Assembly (NCBI GenBank): GCA_001179505.1
Contig: CDMY01000227.1
Coordinates: forward strand, 434,001 to 498,000
Direction: 5' to 3'
DNA from: Vitrella brassicaformis CCMP3155
Lineage: Eukaryota > Protista > Chromerida
DNA: 64,000 nucleotides
Shown here: positions 12,660 to 26,974 of the stretch, piece by piece
How the letters are laid out: each line of letters begins with the position of its first letter
Numbering within the stretch: the first letter of the stretch is position 1
Notes under the pieces: generated by a model
The model's input: only the letters and a program-made list of their open reading frames with translations
Databases searched by the model: none
Told to the model about the DNA's origin: nothing
Program-made: the position numbers and the translations under genes

Positions 12660-15600
12660 TGTGGTGCAGGAGTGCGACAGTCCGCTCCCAGACCGTCTGC
12701 GAGTTCCTGGTGCTTGACAAGTACAACTATGAGACCATCCTCCTCGCTGCGAGAAACGACCAAGTCAAGAGACAGGTAGACAGACAGGTGGCAGACAAAG
12801 GAGAGGCGGGCCACAGGCAGCCAGCCGGCAGCGGCAGAAAGAGATCTTGCTGTCCCCCTCTGTGTGCACGCAGGCTGCCCGTGACGTTGTCAAGGCCACA
12901 CAGCCAAACCGCCGCACTGAGGAGGACATGAAGGTAACCTAGCACGCACCTTGCGGCAGTGTGGTCTGGTCCACATGACTTACTTGGCGGACGACTGGTG
13001 CAGATCTTGCTCGAGTATCTGGAGAACCTGCCTCAGCTGGTCGGCGTGCCACTCGAATCACTGCGAGCGGTGAGTGTCAGTCAGTCAGTCAGTCAGTCAG
13101 TGAATGAATGAGAACAGCAAGCAGGCCAGGCCTTTTGTTTGTATTGCTGTGCGTGCCCACACGTGCCTTCAGGTAGCATCCGGCTGTGAGTGGTAGGCAG
13201 GCCAGGCGCGCGTGTGTGTGTGTGTGTGCGCAGGCAGGCAGACATTAAAAAGGCCAAACGATGATATGGATGAAATTCACCTCCCTCGTGTCGGTGTTGC
13301 GTGCCGGTTAGGCGTGCTCTAGGGCCCCATGAGACGCTGTGCGAGGAGACAGACCCGCCATTGGGCGTCTACATCCTGCTCAGAGGCACCGTCGGCGTCT
13401 ACAGAAGGGTCAGGGCCGCATGATCTGCTTTGACACACCCCCATGACAAGTGAATGTGTCGCCCACCACTACAGAAAACGAGAGGCGAGATGGTGTCCTT
13501 CGAGGCAGAGGAATCAGGTGCGTGTCGTTGGTGCCACAACCATCGAAACGGCAAAACATTTCCCTGTGCGCGTTTGTTTCTTCAGAGGGCCTGCAGCCGC
13601 CAGATCCCCGGCCCCTTGACAACATCGCTGCAGGTAAAGAGAGCATGAGACATACAACAGACACACTTCAACTCGACAGCTTCCCTGTTGGATCCCAGTC
13701 GACCTGGTGATCGAGCTCAAAGCCGACAGCTTCCTGGGCGAGTGGGGTGCGGCCCGCAACGCTCCACGGCTGGCGTCCCTTGTGGCACTCACCGCCATCG
13801 ATATCGCCGAAATACCAAGGAATATATACTACAATCTACTCAGGGTCAGCGGATCACTCAAGGATTGCGTCAGTCAGGGAGACATGATGGAAAGCCATCC
13901 ATCGTGTGTATGTTGTGTGAGTGCCGATGTGTTGTGTGTTTGTGTGTTTGTGTGTCAGACGGTAAGGTGGCCGACACTGAGATGGGACATCACTTCAGAG
14001 ATACTGAGCAGACGAGGGCCACAGAAGAGGAAACATGAGGAGATAGAGGTGGGTGGGTGGATGGCAGATTTTCTTATTCGCCGCAGTGACGGTATGTCTC
14101 GGCACCATCAGGCCCTGGTCGACACGCTCGGTGACAAGAGTATCCTGCAGCCGATCGACGTCGACGCCAAGAAACACGTACGCAACCAAAGACAGAAATG
14201 CAATGTGCAGCAAATAGTGTCTCCGTTCTGTCGCAGCTTCTCAGAAGGGTCACATGGTACTAACACGGGACAGAACTAGACAGCTGGGGCGGGGCGTTTC
14301 CACCGATCCTCTGACTGTCCCGCTTGCAGGAGACGTGTCGAGAAGGGTGACGCGTTCTACAAACAAGGCGACGACAGTGACGCCGTCTACATCATCATCA
14401 CCGGCAGCGTCGCAATATTCACCGCAGACCACACACGACACGACGAGCCACCTCCCAGTAACCAAGACGAGCAGGGAGAAGGAGAAGGGCAGGAGCAGCC
14501 CCCCCAGCGGCCACCAAGCCGACGCCGCATGTCCCGAAGGCGAGACACCGTCGCCTTCTACAACCGCGAAACGACCGGTTTCCATCCGCACCGGCCCTCG
14601 AAGGAATATGAGGTGTCTGTGACGCAGTTCGCCGGAGCGGGAGACCGCCAGGGGGAGAGGACTGGCGACGTGCAGCAGGACAGTGGTGATGATGATGGTG
14701 GTGGTGCTGATGAGAGAGATGACGACGAGAAAGTGCTGGACATGCGGCCGACATCGGGGTCGGTGTTCATGTACTCGAGCGAGAAGAAGGTGCTGAGGGA
14801 AAAGGCCGCTGACGGCGCCATCTTTCTCTGGGGAGAGGGGTGAGTGAGCTAAACGACAGAGGAATGGCATGACATGGCATGGCATGGCATGCATCTCAAT
14901 CATGTCTACCTCTTCTCTCCGTCCGTGTTGACTGACTGATAGTCGCCACCTGGCTGTCACCCCCGCCCCTTCCCAGCCGCTGTCCCGCGTCCTCTCCCGC
15001 AAGAACACCACATTGTCCCGCGCGCCGTCCGGCACACTCACAGACACCCCTAGACGACCCTCCAGGAAAGGCACCTTCCAGCACAAACCCTCACAAGCAT
15101 CCTCATCAGACGCGCGAGGGTCCATCGACACGGACGGTGGCGGCGAAAAGGGCACGGGCGACATGCCGCGGGAGACGCTGACAGAGACGCGGTTCGACGT
15201 CTTTGTGAAGGGGTGCGGGCAGGGTGACGTCTTTGGCGAGAAAGGGGTGTTTCTGCACGAGGCGAGGGGCGGCACGGCCGTGGCGCTCGACGAGACGGAG
15301 GTGGTCCTCATCCCCAAGAAGGTCTACAACAGCTGCATGCGGGTCGGGCGGCTGAAGCACATCAACCGGGAGAAGAACATGCTCACACTCCAATCGCCCC
15401 CGGAGGAGCGGACAGTGGCCGAGACCCAGGCGTTGTGCGATTTGCTCAAGGTACAAATGCGAAGGTGAGGCCCGAAGGGCCGAGCCGAGCAACGACTGGC
15501 CACAATTTGTCTCAATGCGTGTTACTCGTTGGCTGCCTTTCGGCTGCCTCTCGGATGATCACTCAAGGGTGTCAAGGCCTTGGACATGTTTGATGCGGCC

Positions 15601-18600
15601 TTCAAGCTGGAGCTGGCCAAGTGCCTCACACTCCAGATGGCCGAAGAGGGAGAGACATTGTTCTGTCAGGTCAGTCAGGTCAGGTGGGGTACCAGACAAG
15701 CGTGTGTTGATGGCTGGGCTGGCTATGTTGCGGCGTAGGGCGAGAGGGCAGACTCGCTGATGATCGTGCTCAAGGGATGTGTCGGCGTCTATCTGCTCAA
15801 GGTAGCTAGGTGTATCGTGCAGTTAGCACACCACTCTGCGTATCATTGCGTATCAGTCCCCCCCTGGCGGCGAGATGCTCGTCGGTCAAAAGCGAGAGGG
15901 CGACGTCCTCGGAGGTTTATATTGCAACGAACACTCGCACGCACACGCCCACTTCATCCCTTTTGTTTGTCGTGGTCATCTATCCCTCTTACAGAGTTGG
16001 CGCTGCTGACGGAGCAGCCCCGATCAGCCACCTGCCGCGCCATCAGCAAGACGACCATGGCACGGCTGGGCAAGGAGGAGTTCAGAAGCCTCGCTGACAA
16101 ATACAAACAGGCAGGCATGAAGGGGAAACAGGACAGCCAGGCTGAGACAGGAATGTGTGTGCTGTGTCTGTCTGTCTGTCTGTCGATTGCCTGCAGGTGC
16201 CGTGGCGGGAGCAGGTAATACTCGAGATATTGAGGCTGAAACAGCCTGACACTAGGAGCAGCGTCGACCTTGCCCTCATCTCAGGGCTCCTGGTAATGTA
16301 ACCCATCCACTCACCGACAAACACAGTACAGTCCTTACTGGCCCTTTCTGTGGCCCTGCTATGCCAGCGCACATACGAGTTCGCCAAAGGCCTTCCAAAC
16401 GTAAGCTATCCCACCGCGATTCTTCTTTCTATGCGCCACCATGTTTCTCTCTCTCCCTGTATATGTGCGTGTGTGCGTGTGTGTGGTCAGTCAGCCCTGA
16501 TCGAGCTGGCAAGAGAGGTCCGGTGGGAGTATGCCCCAGAGGGCAAGACCCTCTTCCACCAGGGAGACGTCGGCAACGAGGTCACTCTCACGGACGCCTT
16601 CACACACACACACACACTGAGACAGCATACGCACTGTGCATTGCTGTCTATTCTATAGTTCTACCTGTTGCTGAAGGGCATGGTCGGCATCTACAGCCGC
16701 AAGATCAGCAGCGGCTCCATGCTCCGCACGCTCGTCAGCATGCCCTCCCTTCATCACGAGGATGACTCTCCTGTCCGCCCCAGACACCCACACAGATACG
16801 AGTCACCCCTGTCCTCTCCTTCCGGCTCTCCTACCGGCTCTCCCCTTTCCACTCGCCGCCGTAAAAGGTCATCGAGGGAGGGGAAGCGATCGCCAAAGGC
16901 AGCAGAGAAGGAGGACGAGCCTCAGGGTGGCTGGGCTCGGTTCAAGAAGGCCTGGAGGAAGGTGACGCTCGTGAGCAAGTTCATCGAGGGTGCCAAGGAG
17001 GGCAAGAAAGCAGCGAAAGCCGGGCCGCTCGGCTTCAGCGATTCCAAGGCAGCAGCAGCAGCAGCAGCAGGACAAAAAGGGGGGCCGGTGTCTCAGCAGC
17101 CGAGGGGCTCTGTGGCGTCAACACAGGGCCGCCGCAGCTTGGCAATGCGGGGCGTCTCGCCTGGTGTCAAGAAGATGAAGTCAATGACATCGTTCAACCT
17201 CTCATCACCACCCAATAGCACCAAACGAGACGTCGAGAAGACGGAGATGAAGGAGTCCTTCTTCGAGAAGCTGAGGGCCCTGCGTGCTGACGAGGAGGAG
17301 AGGGAAGCAGCAGAAGCGCTGCAGCAGTACGAGGGTCCGGATGAGCACGACTCCGACCGAGAGGATGAAGGCGACACAAGAAAGAGAGACAGCCGGATGG
17401 GCCGCACCGTCACATGGCAGTCTCGGCTGTCTGAAAGCGCAGCGGCACCCCTGCCCCTGCCCATCTCCCACCGCCCCTCACAAGCCATATCCGACGTCAC
17501 ATCTGTACTGCCCTCCTCCCCAAGCGACACCTCCCCCATCTCCCCACCACCTAAGAAGCCCGGCCACTTGATGCCCATGATGCCCTTGCGCATGCCACTG
17601 AGCCAGAGGCTGATGGTGCTCGCTGCCCGGGAGGTCGGCACATCCACCTATCGCTCTTCCCCGGCAGCCAAGCAGCAGCGCCAGCACCAGCACCAGCACC
17701 AGCAGCAGGTGCAGTTGTCACAGGCCGGCGTGCTTGCTGCAGACGACGAGAGTCCGAGGGATGGATGGGGCGAGTCACACCCAGACGCAATGACAGCACG
17801 GTCGCTCACCCGAGCGTTGGGGCTTGTGCAGGATGTGTCGCTTTCGACGGTTGAGCCGCCGCGGCTGCTGCCGAAGGACCTTGAGAAGAAGGCCTGGGCT
17901 GGGCCACACGAGCCGGAGCTTAAAGGGCCCTTTCCTTCATGGCTACCGGCTCTGTTGGGTCTCAGGGAGAGGGAGGGAGGCAGGAGCAGCACCGATGAGA
18001 CCGCCCTGTCGCTGCACAGACTGCTGGCCGCCCGCGACACCGCTCTGAAGAAGACTGAGGAGGTGCCGTTCCGGCCCAGCACCGCACCAGCCCACCGAGC
18101 GTCTGACCTCTCGGCTGTCTCTTCTATCGTTGAATCGGGTGGTGACAGGCGGCGGCAATCGCTCTCGGCTGCACGGGCCAGACGGATGAACGTGCAAAAG
18201 GAAGGGGCGACATGGGTGGACGTGCACGAGACACTGAGCGGCCTCGACACATCAGCCCTCGTGCAGCGATCCAGTGAGGAGGCAAGGAAGGCCTTCGAGT
18301 CGAGACATAGGGCCGCAGAGGAGACAGGAGATGAACCCTCAGGCAAATGCTCGCTGACCGTGTCCATTCCCACCGCCATCAAGAGGCCCATGACGGTGCC
18401 TCCACGGCTGCCGGGTGTCACCCGAAAAAGCGACCACCACACCTTCATCACCCAGACAGAGGGCGAGAGGGACCACCTCCAGCAGCCGGAGGAGAGCATG
18501 AGCATGGAACCGGCATCCCCTCTGACAAGCCAGTCCACTCCGGCGACATCAAGTTCGCCGCGCGCCAGCAGGGAGATCAGTCAGATGCGGAGCAAGGAGG

Positions 18601-21600
18601 AGACGGAGCAGGAGATGCTGCATGTGCTGGGTCACCGGTTCTGCCCTGCCGGGTACTATCTGCTGGGCATACGGCGGGAGGGGGAGTCCTTTGGCGAGAG
18701 GGCACTGCTGGTCATGCAGGAGAGGTCGGCCACCGTCAGGTGGGTGCGTCGATGGGCGGGAAGGTGGTGTCATATGTATGTGGGCCTCCTTGGCCTTCAG
18801 GACGTTGATGCCATCGGAGTTTTTGGTGCTGGACAAGCAGCCGTTCGATCGGATCATCAAGGCGGAACTCCACAAGGAGAAAAGAGACAAGAACAAGTTC
18901 CTCAAGGTGTACATCCCCGGCCTCGATAGGCAGTCTTTCACCACGAGGGAGCGGCTCAGCTATCTCTTCAAGGTGCGTGCACCCCTCCACCCATCAAACA
19001 CAACATACATCATGCGAAAGTCCATGTCTCATGCAGGACGAGAGCAAGACAGCCGGTGCAACGATCGTGAGGGAGGGCGAGCTGCTGGCGTGCCTCTTCA
19101 TAGTGCGTGAAGGCTTCTGCACTGCCCGCCGGAGGGTTGAAGTGGGCGCGAGGGGCGGGCCAGGCCCAGGCCGCGGCGGCACCGTCCTGGTCATGCCGCG
19201 AAGGGACCCTCAGAAGAAGCAGGCGTGTACTCGCAAAGAGCTCCTGGCTGCTACCAGGGGGCTCTTCTTCCACAAAGGTGGGACTATAGATGCAGCAGGA
19301 AGCAAAGCATGTCTCTTAGTGTTTGTGTTGGTGCGTGTTCGATCCGATCCATGCCATGCACATACAATACAGATTATCTCGATGTGAGTTCATGTGTCCG
19401 CGGCCACATCATCGGCCTGTCGTCCGTCTTTCTGGGTCTGCCCGAGCCGTTCACTGTCATTGCGAGATCAGCCAAAGTCGACCTCTACGCCATCTCCGCC
19501 GTACGCTCAGAGGCTGTGTCTCACGCGTCTTATCTATCTTTCTCTTTGTGGGTACAGAGCGACCTGAGGGCAAAACTGCCCACTTCTTGCTTGGATCGGC
19601 TTGCAGAGCTCGCCAGTCAGGAAATGCCGGATGAGATCGAACTCAGATGCAACAAAATCATCCACAAGTAAGCGCATGAACAGAACTCTCCCCGAAACGC
19701 ATCCATGCATTGCATTCAGGGGGGAGCTCGCGACGCAGCATCGCATCCTGACCTCCTTCGGGGAGTGCACCCTCCCCAGTCTTCTCAACTCGCCCTTCAT
19801 CCACTTCAAGCTCCACGCCAACCCGCTGGCGCTCCACCTTCTGCTGCTCAAGCAGTTCGAATGGCGCAAACCCCACTTGAGCAAAGCCACACCCCTCCTC
19901 GGCTTCTCATTCCACTCACTCCGCGACCTGTCACTGCTCGAGAAGGTCTGTCTCGAGTTCGGCAGCTGGGTGCCGCCGGAGTACTCCTCGCTCAAGGACG
20001 AGGTGCAGCGGGCGGCCTTCTTCATGGGCGCGCTTCTGGCCCCTTTCCCGCCCTCTGCTCCGGCGGCTGCGTTGGGTGACTGGCGGGTGGAGAGGGAGAG
20101 GGCTGATCTCGATGGCATGGCGGGTGTGGCGAGGCCGCGGGACGCCATGAGGAGGGACGAGGAGGAGCGGATGGCCGTGTGGGCTAATAGGAGGATCAAC
20201 GAGGCCATGAGACAGCTCGGAGGATCAACGGAGGACAATAATCCTTATCTGCAGCTGCCGCTTGCCCTCCCTCCCCCACTTGGACCTCCTCTTGCACCCC
20301 CAGCAGCAGCAGCAGCGATTGAGGATGTGCATCCTGCCGTCCCTCTGCTCGCCATCTCTGCACCAGCCGAAGACCCAGAAGTGCCTTCAGACAGACGTGG
20401 CGAAGAAGAGACCCATGAGGGGCTCTCCCCCTCCTCAATCCCACCGCGCCGTCGCAGCACGGTGTCTTCCCCCCCTCCCAGCCACAGGATGATGATAGAG
20501 ACTTCCACCAAAGACTTCGACGAAACGCCGCGGGACCCGTCAAAGAAGGCCACCCTCACAGAGCAGAGCTACTTCCAGCTGCCAGCCGAGATAACCGCGC
20601 CTTCCTTTGAGCTGGAGCCGCCGGACGATGAAAAGACTCCCAAGGGATTGCTGAAGATCCGGCTGGAGGAAAAGTCCCACATATTCCGCGTGTCTAAGGA
20701 CAAGCTGGAGGAGCTGTGGCGGCCGAAGAAGCCCTCTGTGCGTGTGGAGGGTCGGGGGGAGAGGCGGCCGGGGACGGCGATTCCGGTCGACCGGCAAAGT
20801 GCCCTTGAGGGGCTGAAAGAGGTGCTGCAGGTGCCGCTGGCTTCCAGCAGGTGAGAGTGGGAGCTAGCCTAGCCGAGGCGTTCGCTCGCCCATGCATGCA
20901 TCTCGTGTCTCGTTCTCCCTGCTTGTGACAGGTCGCTTGCTCATCGTTGCGTTGTCGTGCCCTCCAAAGTCATGCGGGACACCGAGCCGCTGGTGCGTGT
21001 CCCTCAAGCCACACCACAAGAAAGGCCGCGGTCAGCGAGCGTCCGCATGACCATGACGCCACGAGCCTCACCAGAGCCTGCCGTCGCTACTGCTGCCGAA
21101 GCGACACCGCCAGCCCCCTCACTGACCGAGCGGTTTCAGGCAGCGGCGTCTCCTCAGCCGACAGTGCCTGATTTCCCTGTGATGCTTTTGGCAGAGATCC
21201 CCCGCATGCCCTCCGATGCAGGATCTTCCGTACCCTCGTCGTCGAGGCCTGAAGCGCCGCCACCGCCGTTCAACCCGCCACCATTCTACATCTCCATGGA
21301 CGAGTCGCAGCTCTATCGAGCGGGCTCCATCCAGCACATGCTGCGGCCAGCCCCCCGGCCGTCGATCCGCAAGTTTCCCTCACAGCTCGATTCCACTGCG
21401 GAAGACGAGAGCAGACCGCCAAGAGAGCCCTCCCCACCGCCCTCACCCCCAGAGACCAGCCGGCCCGTCACGGCCAATGTGCCGACTCGGCTGCCATTGA
21501 GAGAGCGCCGGAGAGGGTCTGCAGTGACGCCGAGAAGGCCGTCGGATGTCCATCGTGCCGGGGGCGGCGGGAGGTATGTCTTCTCGCGAGCACTGACATA

Positions 21601-22063
21601 CGCGTCCGAGACACGCCGGTCGGCCGATTCGTCCACTCCTGTGTCGGCGCTCCAGCCGGCAGTCCACCGCATGGGCCTGACACCGAGGAGTGCCAGCGGC
21701 AGGAACAGCGCTCTCTCGGGGATGAGCCACCGATTCACGCCGGCACCGGCGTCCGCGCGCGAAGCAGTGACACACCCTCGGGGATCGCCAGACAGCGGCG
21801 CCGAGGTGCCAACCGACACGAAGGAAGACGCCGTAAGAGATGTGATGATCCACCTCCCAACTCGGCCATCGACGTCCACGCACCCGACGAGGCAAAGACG
21901 CCTGAAGCGTGCCTCGACAGATCAAGCGCCAAACGCTGCGGCCGGGCGACGAAGGGGGAGGGGGACAGTGCAGAGGAGCAGCCACGATGAGAGTGGTGGC
22001 AAAGGCGGGGACCAACCCGCTGCATTCGTAGGTGTGTCGCCGCGAGCAATGCCCGTCAGCTGA
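11607..22063 (+). CDS. Very large protein with six tandem cyclic-nucleotide-binding-like domains and long low-complexity inserts and tail
   Basis: Repeated CNB elements: GDESECFYLILRGTV/FGEWGL..RSATV; GVYILLRGTV/FLGEWG; QGDDSDAVYIIITGSV/FGEKG; GERADSLMIVLKGCV/LGELALL..RSATC; QGDVGNEFYLLLKGMV/FGERALL..RSATV; REGELLACLFIVREG/GHIIG. About 30 exons were linked in frame by eye. Confidence 0.82.
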
Positions 22064-22383
22064 GAAGACTTGGTTGCGCGTGCTCCTGCAAGGCGTGTCC
22101 TTAGTAGCCGCCGGTTCATAATGGGTGTGTAGATAGCTGACAGTGTCGGTGAGTGTACAGACACCTCCGAGTTCGCCGTCGTTTCCATGCTCTCTCCCGC
22201 CCCCACGTCTGGGGGCGTCACTGTCGATCGCTCGCAAAGGTGGTCACGATGGCCGCCATGATTCGATGCATAGCTCAGCATCACAGCCAAGAAGCCCTGA
22301 GTAGCTGACCATAGGCGAAAGCAGCCTGAGTAGCCTTGTCCCGCCCCTTTCGAAGCAAGCCTATTGAACCCTCGGCAAGGACG

Positions 22384-25300
22384 ATGATGATGAACGGGAG
22401 GGATAGTCGCGGCCACGGCGGTGTGGATGGGCCGAGGGCGGGGAGGAGCGGCGCCACGTCTGCGTCAGATCCTGCGATAGAGAAGCTCTTCACGGGCCAC
22501 AAGGAGACCGTCACGGGCGTCGCATTCAACCCCAATATGTATGTCCGTTCGGTGCAGGTGGAATGGAACAGACAGGGGATGTCAATGCATGGCATGTGAT
22601 GGATGTGTGCCATTGGCATATGTATGAGCTGTACGTGTGTTGTGTGTTGTGTGTTGCAGGAAGCAGGCCATGTCGTGTTCCACCGACGGCAATGTGTTTG
22701 TGTGGCACTTCAAGCCTCACACGAGGCCTCTGAGATTCGCCGGACACAAGGTAGGTGAGGCGACACACTGCAGAAGAGTACTGAATGGATGGATGGATGC
22801 TGACATCTGCGTGTGAATTCGCCTCCCTCGTGTGTGCGGTGCAGGGTGCGGTGAATGGCTTGTCTGTGAGTGCGTCGGGTCACTACATCGCCTCCGCGTC
22901 CAACGACAAGACCATTCGCATATGGGCCAACACGCCGTGAGAAACCAAGCCACAACACAACACAACACAACACAACATACCGCACCACCACAGCTCCCAC
23001 GGTGTGTGTGTGTGTGTGTGTGGCTTCAGGAAGGGCGAGTCGTCAGTGCTCAAGGTGAGTTGCCCTGGCCTGTGTGTGCGTCCTTTGGTGTGTGTCTGTC
23101 CGTGTCGGATGTGTGTGTGTGTGTCGCGCAGGCGCATGCGGGTGCGGTTCGTAGCGTCGAGTACTCCCGCAGCGACCGATACCTCCTCACAGCATCCGAT
23201 GACAAAACTGTCAAGGTATGCATGCGACTACCCTACCCAGCTGTGTGTCCCTCTCTCTGTTTGAGTGTGGGTGTCTGTCTGTCTGTCTGTCTGTCTGCTG
23301 CCCCCGTGGCCGTGTGGATGTTTTGTGTGGGTGTGGCGGGTGGGTGAGTGCAGCTGTGGTCAGTGACGGACATGTCGGGCACCTTCCACGCCTCCATGTG
23401 CGGACACAACAACTGGGTGCGTACTTAACTTATTCAGTGACCAACCCACCCACCCCACATGGCATGGCCCAGCCCACACAGACACATCTGTTCTGTTCTG
23501 TTTGTTGACCGTCTGCCTGCAGGTGCGGTCAGCGTCCTTTTCGCCCGACACCCGCATGGCCATCTCGGGGGGCGACGACAAGACCGTGAGTGACAAAGAG
23601 TCCTCCTTCCTCTATGAGATGTCTGTCATCCATGTCATGTGTGGTGTGTTGTGTGGCCACCTGGCTGTACCTACCGTGTGTATCCATCAGGTGCGTGTAT
23701 GGGACGTGGAGAGGCGGGACACCGTGGAGACCTTCTACGAGCACCAGGAGACCGTCTGTAAGTGGAGTGGTGGACTGGGTGGTGCCAGGCGGTCTTCCAC
23801 CTCCCCTTTCTCCCGTGTGTTGTGTTGCGTTGTGTCGCCTCGTTTCTCTTGAATTGAATATATGACAGCGTGTGTGCGTTTCCACCCTGACGGGAACCTG
23901 GTGGCGGCATGCTCATTCGACAGGGCCATACACGTACCTACCGTGGCCCTAACTGCAGACAGACAGACATGCACACGGAGAGAGAGGGATGAAAGGGCGA
24001 AGGATCACTCATGTGTGTGTGTGTGCAGGTATGGGATGTGCGCAGCCGCCGGTTGCTCCAGTGCTATAAGGACCACACAGGCCCTGTGGTGAGCCAGACA
24101 GTGAGACCAACCCACCAACGCACCAACTCACACATCACATGTGCCTCCCTTGGCCTCATATGCCGTGTATGTGTATGTGTATGTGTGTGTGGGCATTCAG
24201 ACGGCGATAGCGTTCCACCCGTCGGGCAACTTCCTGCTCTCGTCTTCACACGACACTTCAGTCAAGGTGGGTGCTCGGGTGGTGGGTGACCACGGCACAC
24301 AAGATGTGTGCGTGTGTGTGTGTGCATCTGTGTGTGCGTGTGTGCAGATATGGGATCTGCGCGAGGCCCACCTGATGTACTCAGTCTACCGACACGACGT
24401 AAGTCGGCACCAGTGAGGAAGGACACACACCATCAACCAAATCAACGCACCTATGCAGTCGAGCATTGAGCATTCATCTCGGTATGGGTGTCCTGCAGGG
24501 GCCCACTACTTGCTGCGCGTGGTCGCCTAGGGGGGACTTCTTTCTGTCGGGTGGGTGGGTGGGTGGGGGAATGACACACAGTGCCAGGCTGCCTGCCTGG
24601 CGCGCTCACCTGGTCGTCCTTGTGTGATTGCAGGTTCGCAGGATGCGAGCATCATCCTGTGGCGCAGCAACTTCGACCAGGCGCTTAATAGCATAGGTCA
24701 GTTCAGTCTGCTGAGCAGACTGATCAGATCATATTAAGGGGGATGAAGAGGGGCGACTTGTCTTTATCGGTCAGGTGTGGATCAGTCGCCCATCCCACCT
24801 GCGGCCGAAGTAGCCAGTGCCACTGTCGACTCATCCCTTCGGTAGGGACCCCCGAGCTCCTCCCAACCACACACACACACACACACACATGACTTCCCAT
24901 CAACCACGGCCTCTCCGACCTCTCTGTCTGTCTGTCTGTCTGGCTGATGCAGCCCCCTACACCGTCCGTCGCGGCCCCCCCGCTGCCCCTCCCACGACCA
25001 TCCATCCGCCCACACCAGCCGCACCGAAGGCACATCCTCCATCAGACCTTCTTCCACACGCGCACACCCACACCCACAGCCACAACAGCCACAGGCACAC
25101 GCCAAGGCACCCTCCCACCCGTCCGCTGCTGCATCGGCCCACCGGCCCAGGTCCATCTCGCCATTCCAGCTGCTGGGCGACCGACACAGGGAGCGGGAGA
25201 GGGAGAGGGAGAGGGAGAGCGGCAAGGGCAGCTGGACGTCGGTGGATGTCTTGTCCGCCGCTGCCGCTGCTGGTGGTGAGATGGGCAGGCAGAGAGGCGG

Positions 25301-26974
25301 CTCTGTCCCCGCTGCCACTAGCACCGCTGCCGTCGGTCAGACTGATGAGGAGGAGAGGGAGAGCCAGGTGGAGGGAGCCGGTCTGGGTGCTGGTGTTGGT
25401 GTTGGTGGGATTGCGCCATTGGTGGTCCCGCAGATCCCCCAGACGGCAGTGAGGGGCTTCGACTGGTCGCAGCTCCCGGAGAGCGTTGCCAGGACGCTGG
25501 ACGGCCTCACCGCACAAATGGACATGATAGCCCAGTGAGCCAAACACACACACTGACTGACACGCCCGGACACACACACAACACACACGTCAATCATCCT
25601 CTGTGTGATCTGATGACATGTGTGTGTCAGCACCATGAGGTTGCTGGAGTCCCGCATGACGGTCACGGAGAACCAGGTGTCGCAGATCTTTCAGATGGTC
25701 AAGATGAACACAGCCAACATGGCCACCACCACCACCCCCACCCCTCCCACTCCCAGCCCCCCTCACATGCCACAGCAGCCGCCACTGCCCCCGCAGCCGC
25801 GCCCGCGCGCCTCGCCGCCCCCAGCCATGCCGTTCCCTCCGCCAGTGCCCACCTCTTACACAACCACATACACGACAGCACAGCCAGCGCCCCCAGCACC
25901 CCAGCAGCATGCGACGGAGGTCCCGGTCGCGGAGAGGACGGTGTCGGCTCCTGCTGTCACGGATTTGATTGCTGGTGGTGCGTATGGGGGCGTCTCGCCG
26001 CTCTTTTCGCGCAACACGGAGAGGGAGAGGGAGAGGGGCGTGTCTTCGCCGGTCGTCGTGACGGGCATGCCGCTCGCGCCGCCATCGCGAAGTGAGTGAG
26101 TGAGTGAGTGAGTGAGGGAGGGAGGCAGGCAGGCAGGCAGGCAGGACCCGCCCGCTGTCCACGGACACACATACACATACACATACACATACACATACGA
26201 ACACACGCTGTTTGTGTCTGTGTGTATGGTATGTCTTATCGACCAGGCACGACCACTTCCCCGCCCATCCTCCATGCGGCCCCCATCCCCGAAATGAGCC
26301 CCAGCGACCCCTCCCCCTTCTCGTCGCGCCCCGGCGCACCCAGGACAACAGGCGGCATCGGGCTCTTCCCCTCATCCACAGACACCCCGTCATCCCCTCC
26401 CCCTTACACACCTCCAACCACGGCGGCCGTGGAGCAGCGCACTTGGTCCCCCAGCAAGCGGCCCCCGCCAAGGGAGCTGCCCACATTCAGTCACGATGGC
26501 GATGGCAACGGCGGTAGCAACGGACTTGTGGAGACCATGGCGCAGAAGCGGGCTGAGATCCTCCAGGGGCTCGGGGACGCCGAATCGGCGTTGCTGCCCC
26601 CGCCCCCGCCGCCCCCTCCCCTGCTGGCAAGTGTGCTGACCGAGCCGGTCCCACTGGATGGCGGCGTGGGCATGAACATGATGATGGACATGATGGACTC
26701 TGGTGCCGGGGGCGGCGGCGGCGGCGGTGGCGGTGGCGGGGTGGGTGTGAGCGATGTGCAGAGGGAGGTGCTCAACTACGGCAGCAATGAGGAGCCGCAG
26801 GAGGGGGCAGAGGCGGCTGGAGTTGCAGTTGCTGCCGCCGATACTGCTGGTGCTGATATTGGTGTGTCCGGCGGAGAGAGAGATGGAGAGGGGGCGACGG
26901 AGTCGTGTCTGGCAGAGGCGGATGCAGACGAGGGGGAGGGCGACAGCGATGCCAACAAGGAGAAGAGGGAATGA
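22384..26974 (+). CDS. POC1: Centriolar WD40 protein POC1
   Basis: Seven WD40 repeats starting DPAIEKLFTGHKETVT..WHFKPHTRPLRFAGHK and ending WRSNFD; conserved POC1 coiled coil LPESVARTLDGLTAQMDMIAHTMRLLESRMTVTENQV. Confidence 0.95.

Noticed and set aside
14250-18538. Long minus-strand ORFs (14250-15317, 17648-18538 and similar)
   Set aside because: Antisense shadows of GC-rich coding exons of the CNB gene; no domain signal and no splice support.
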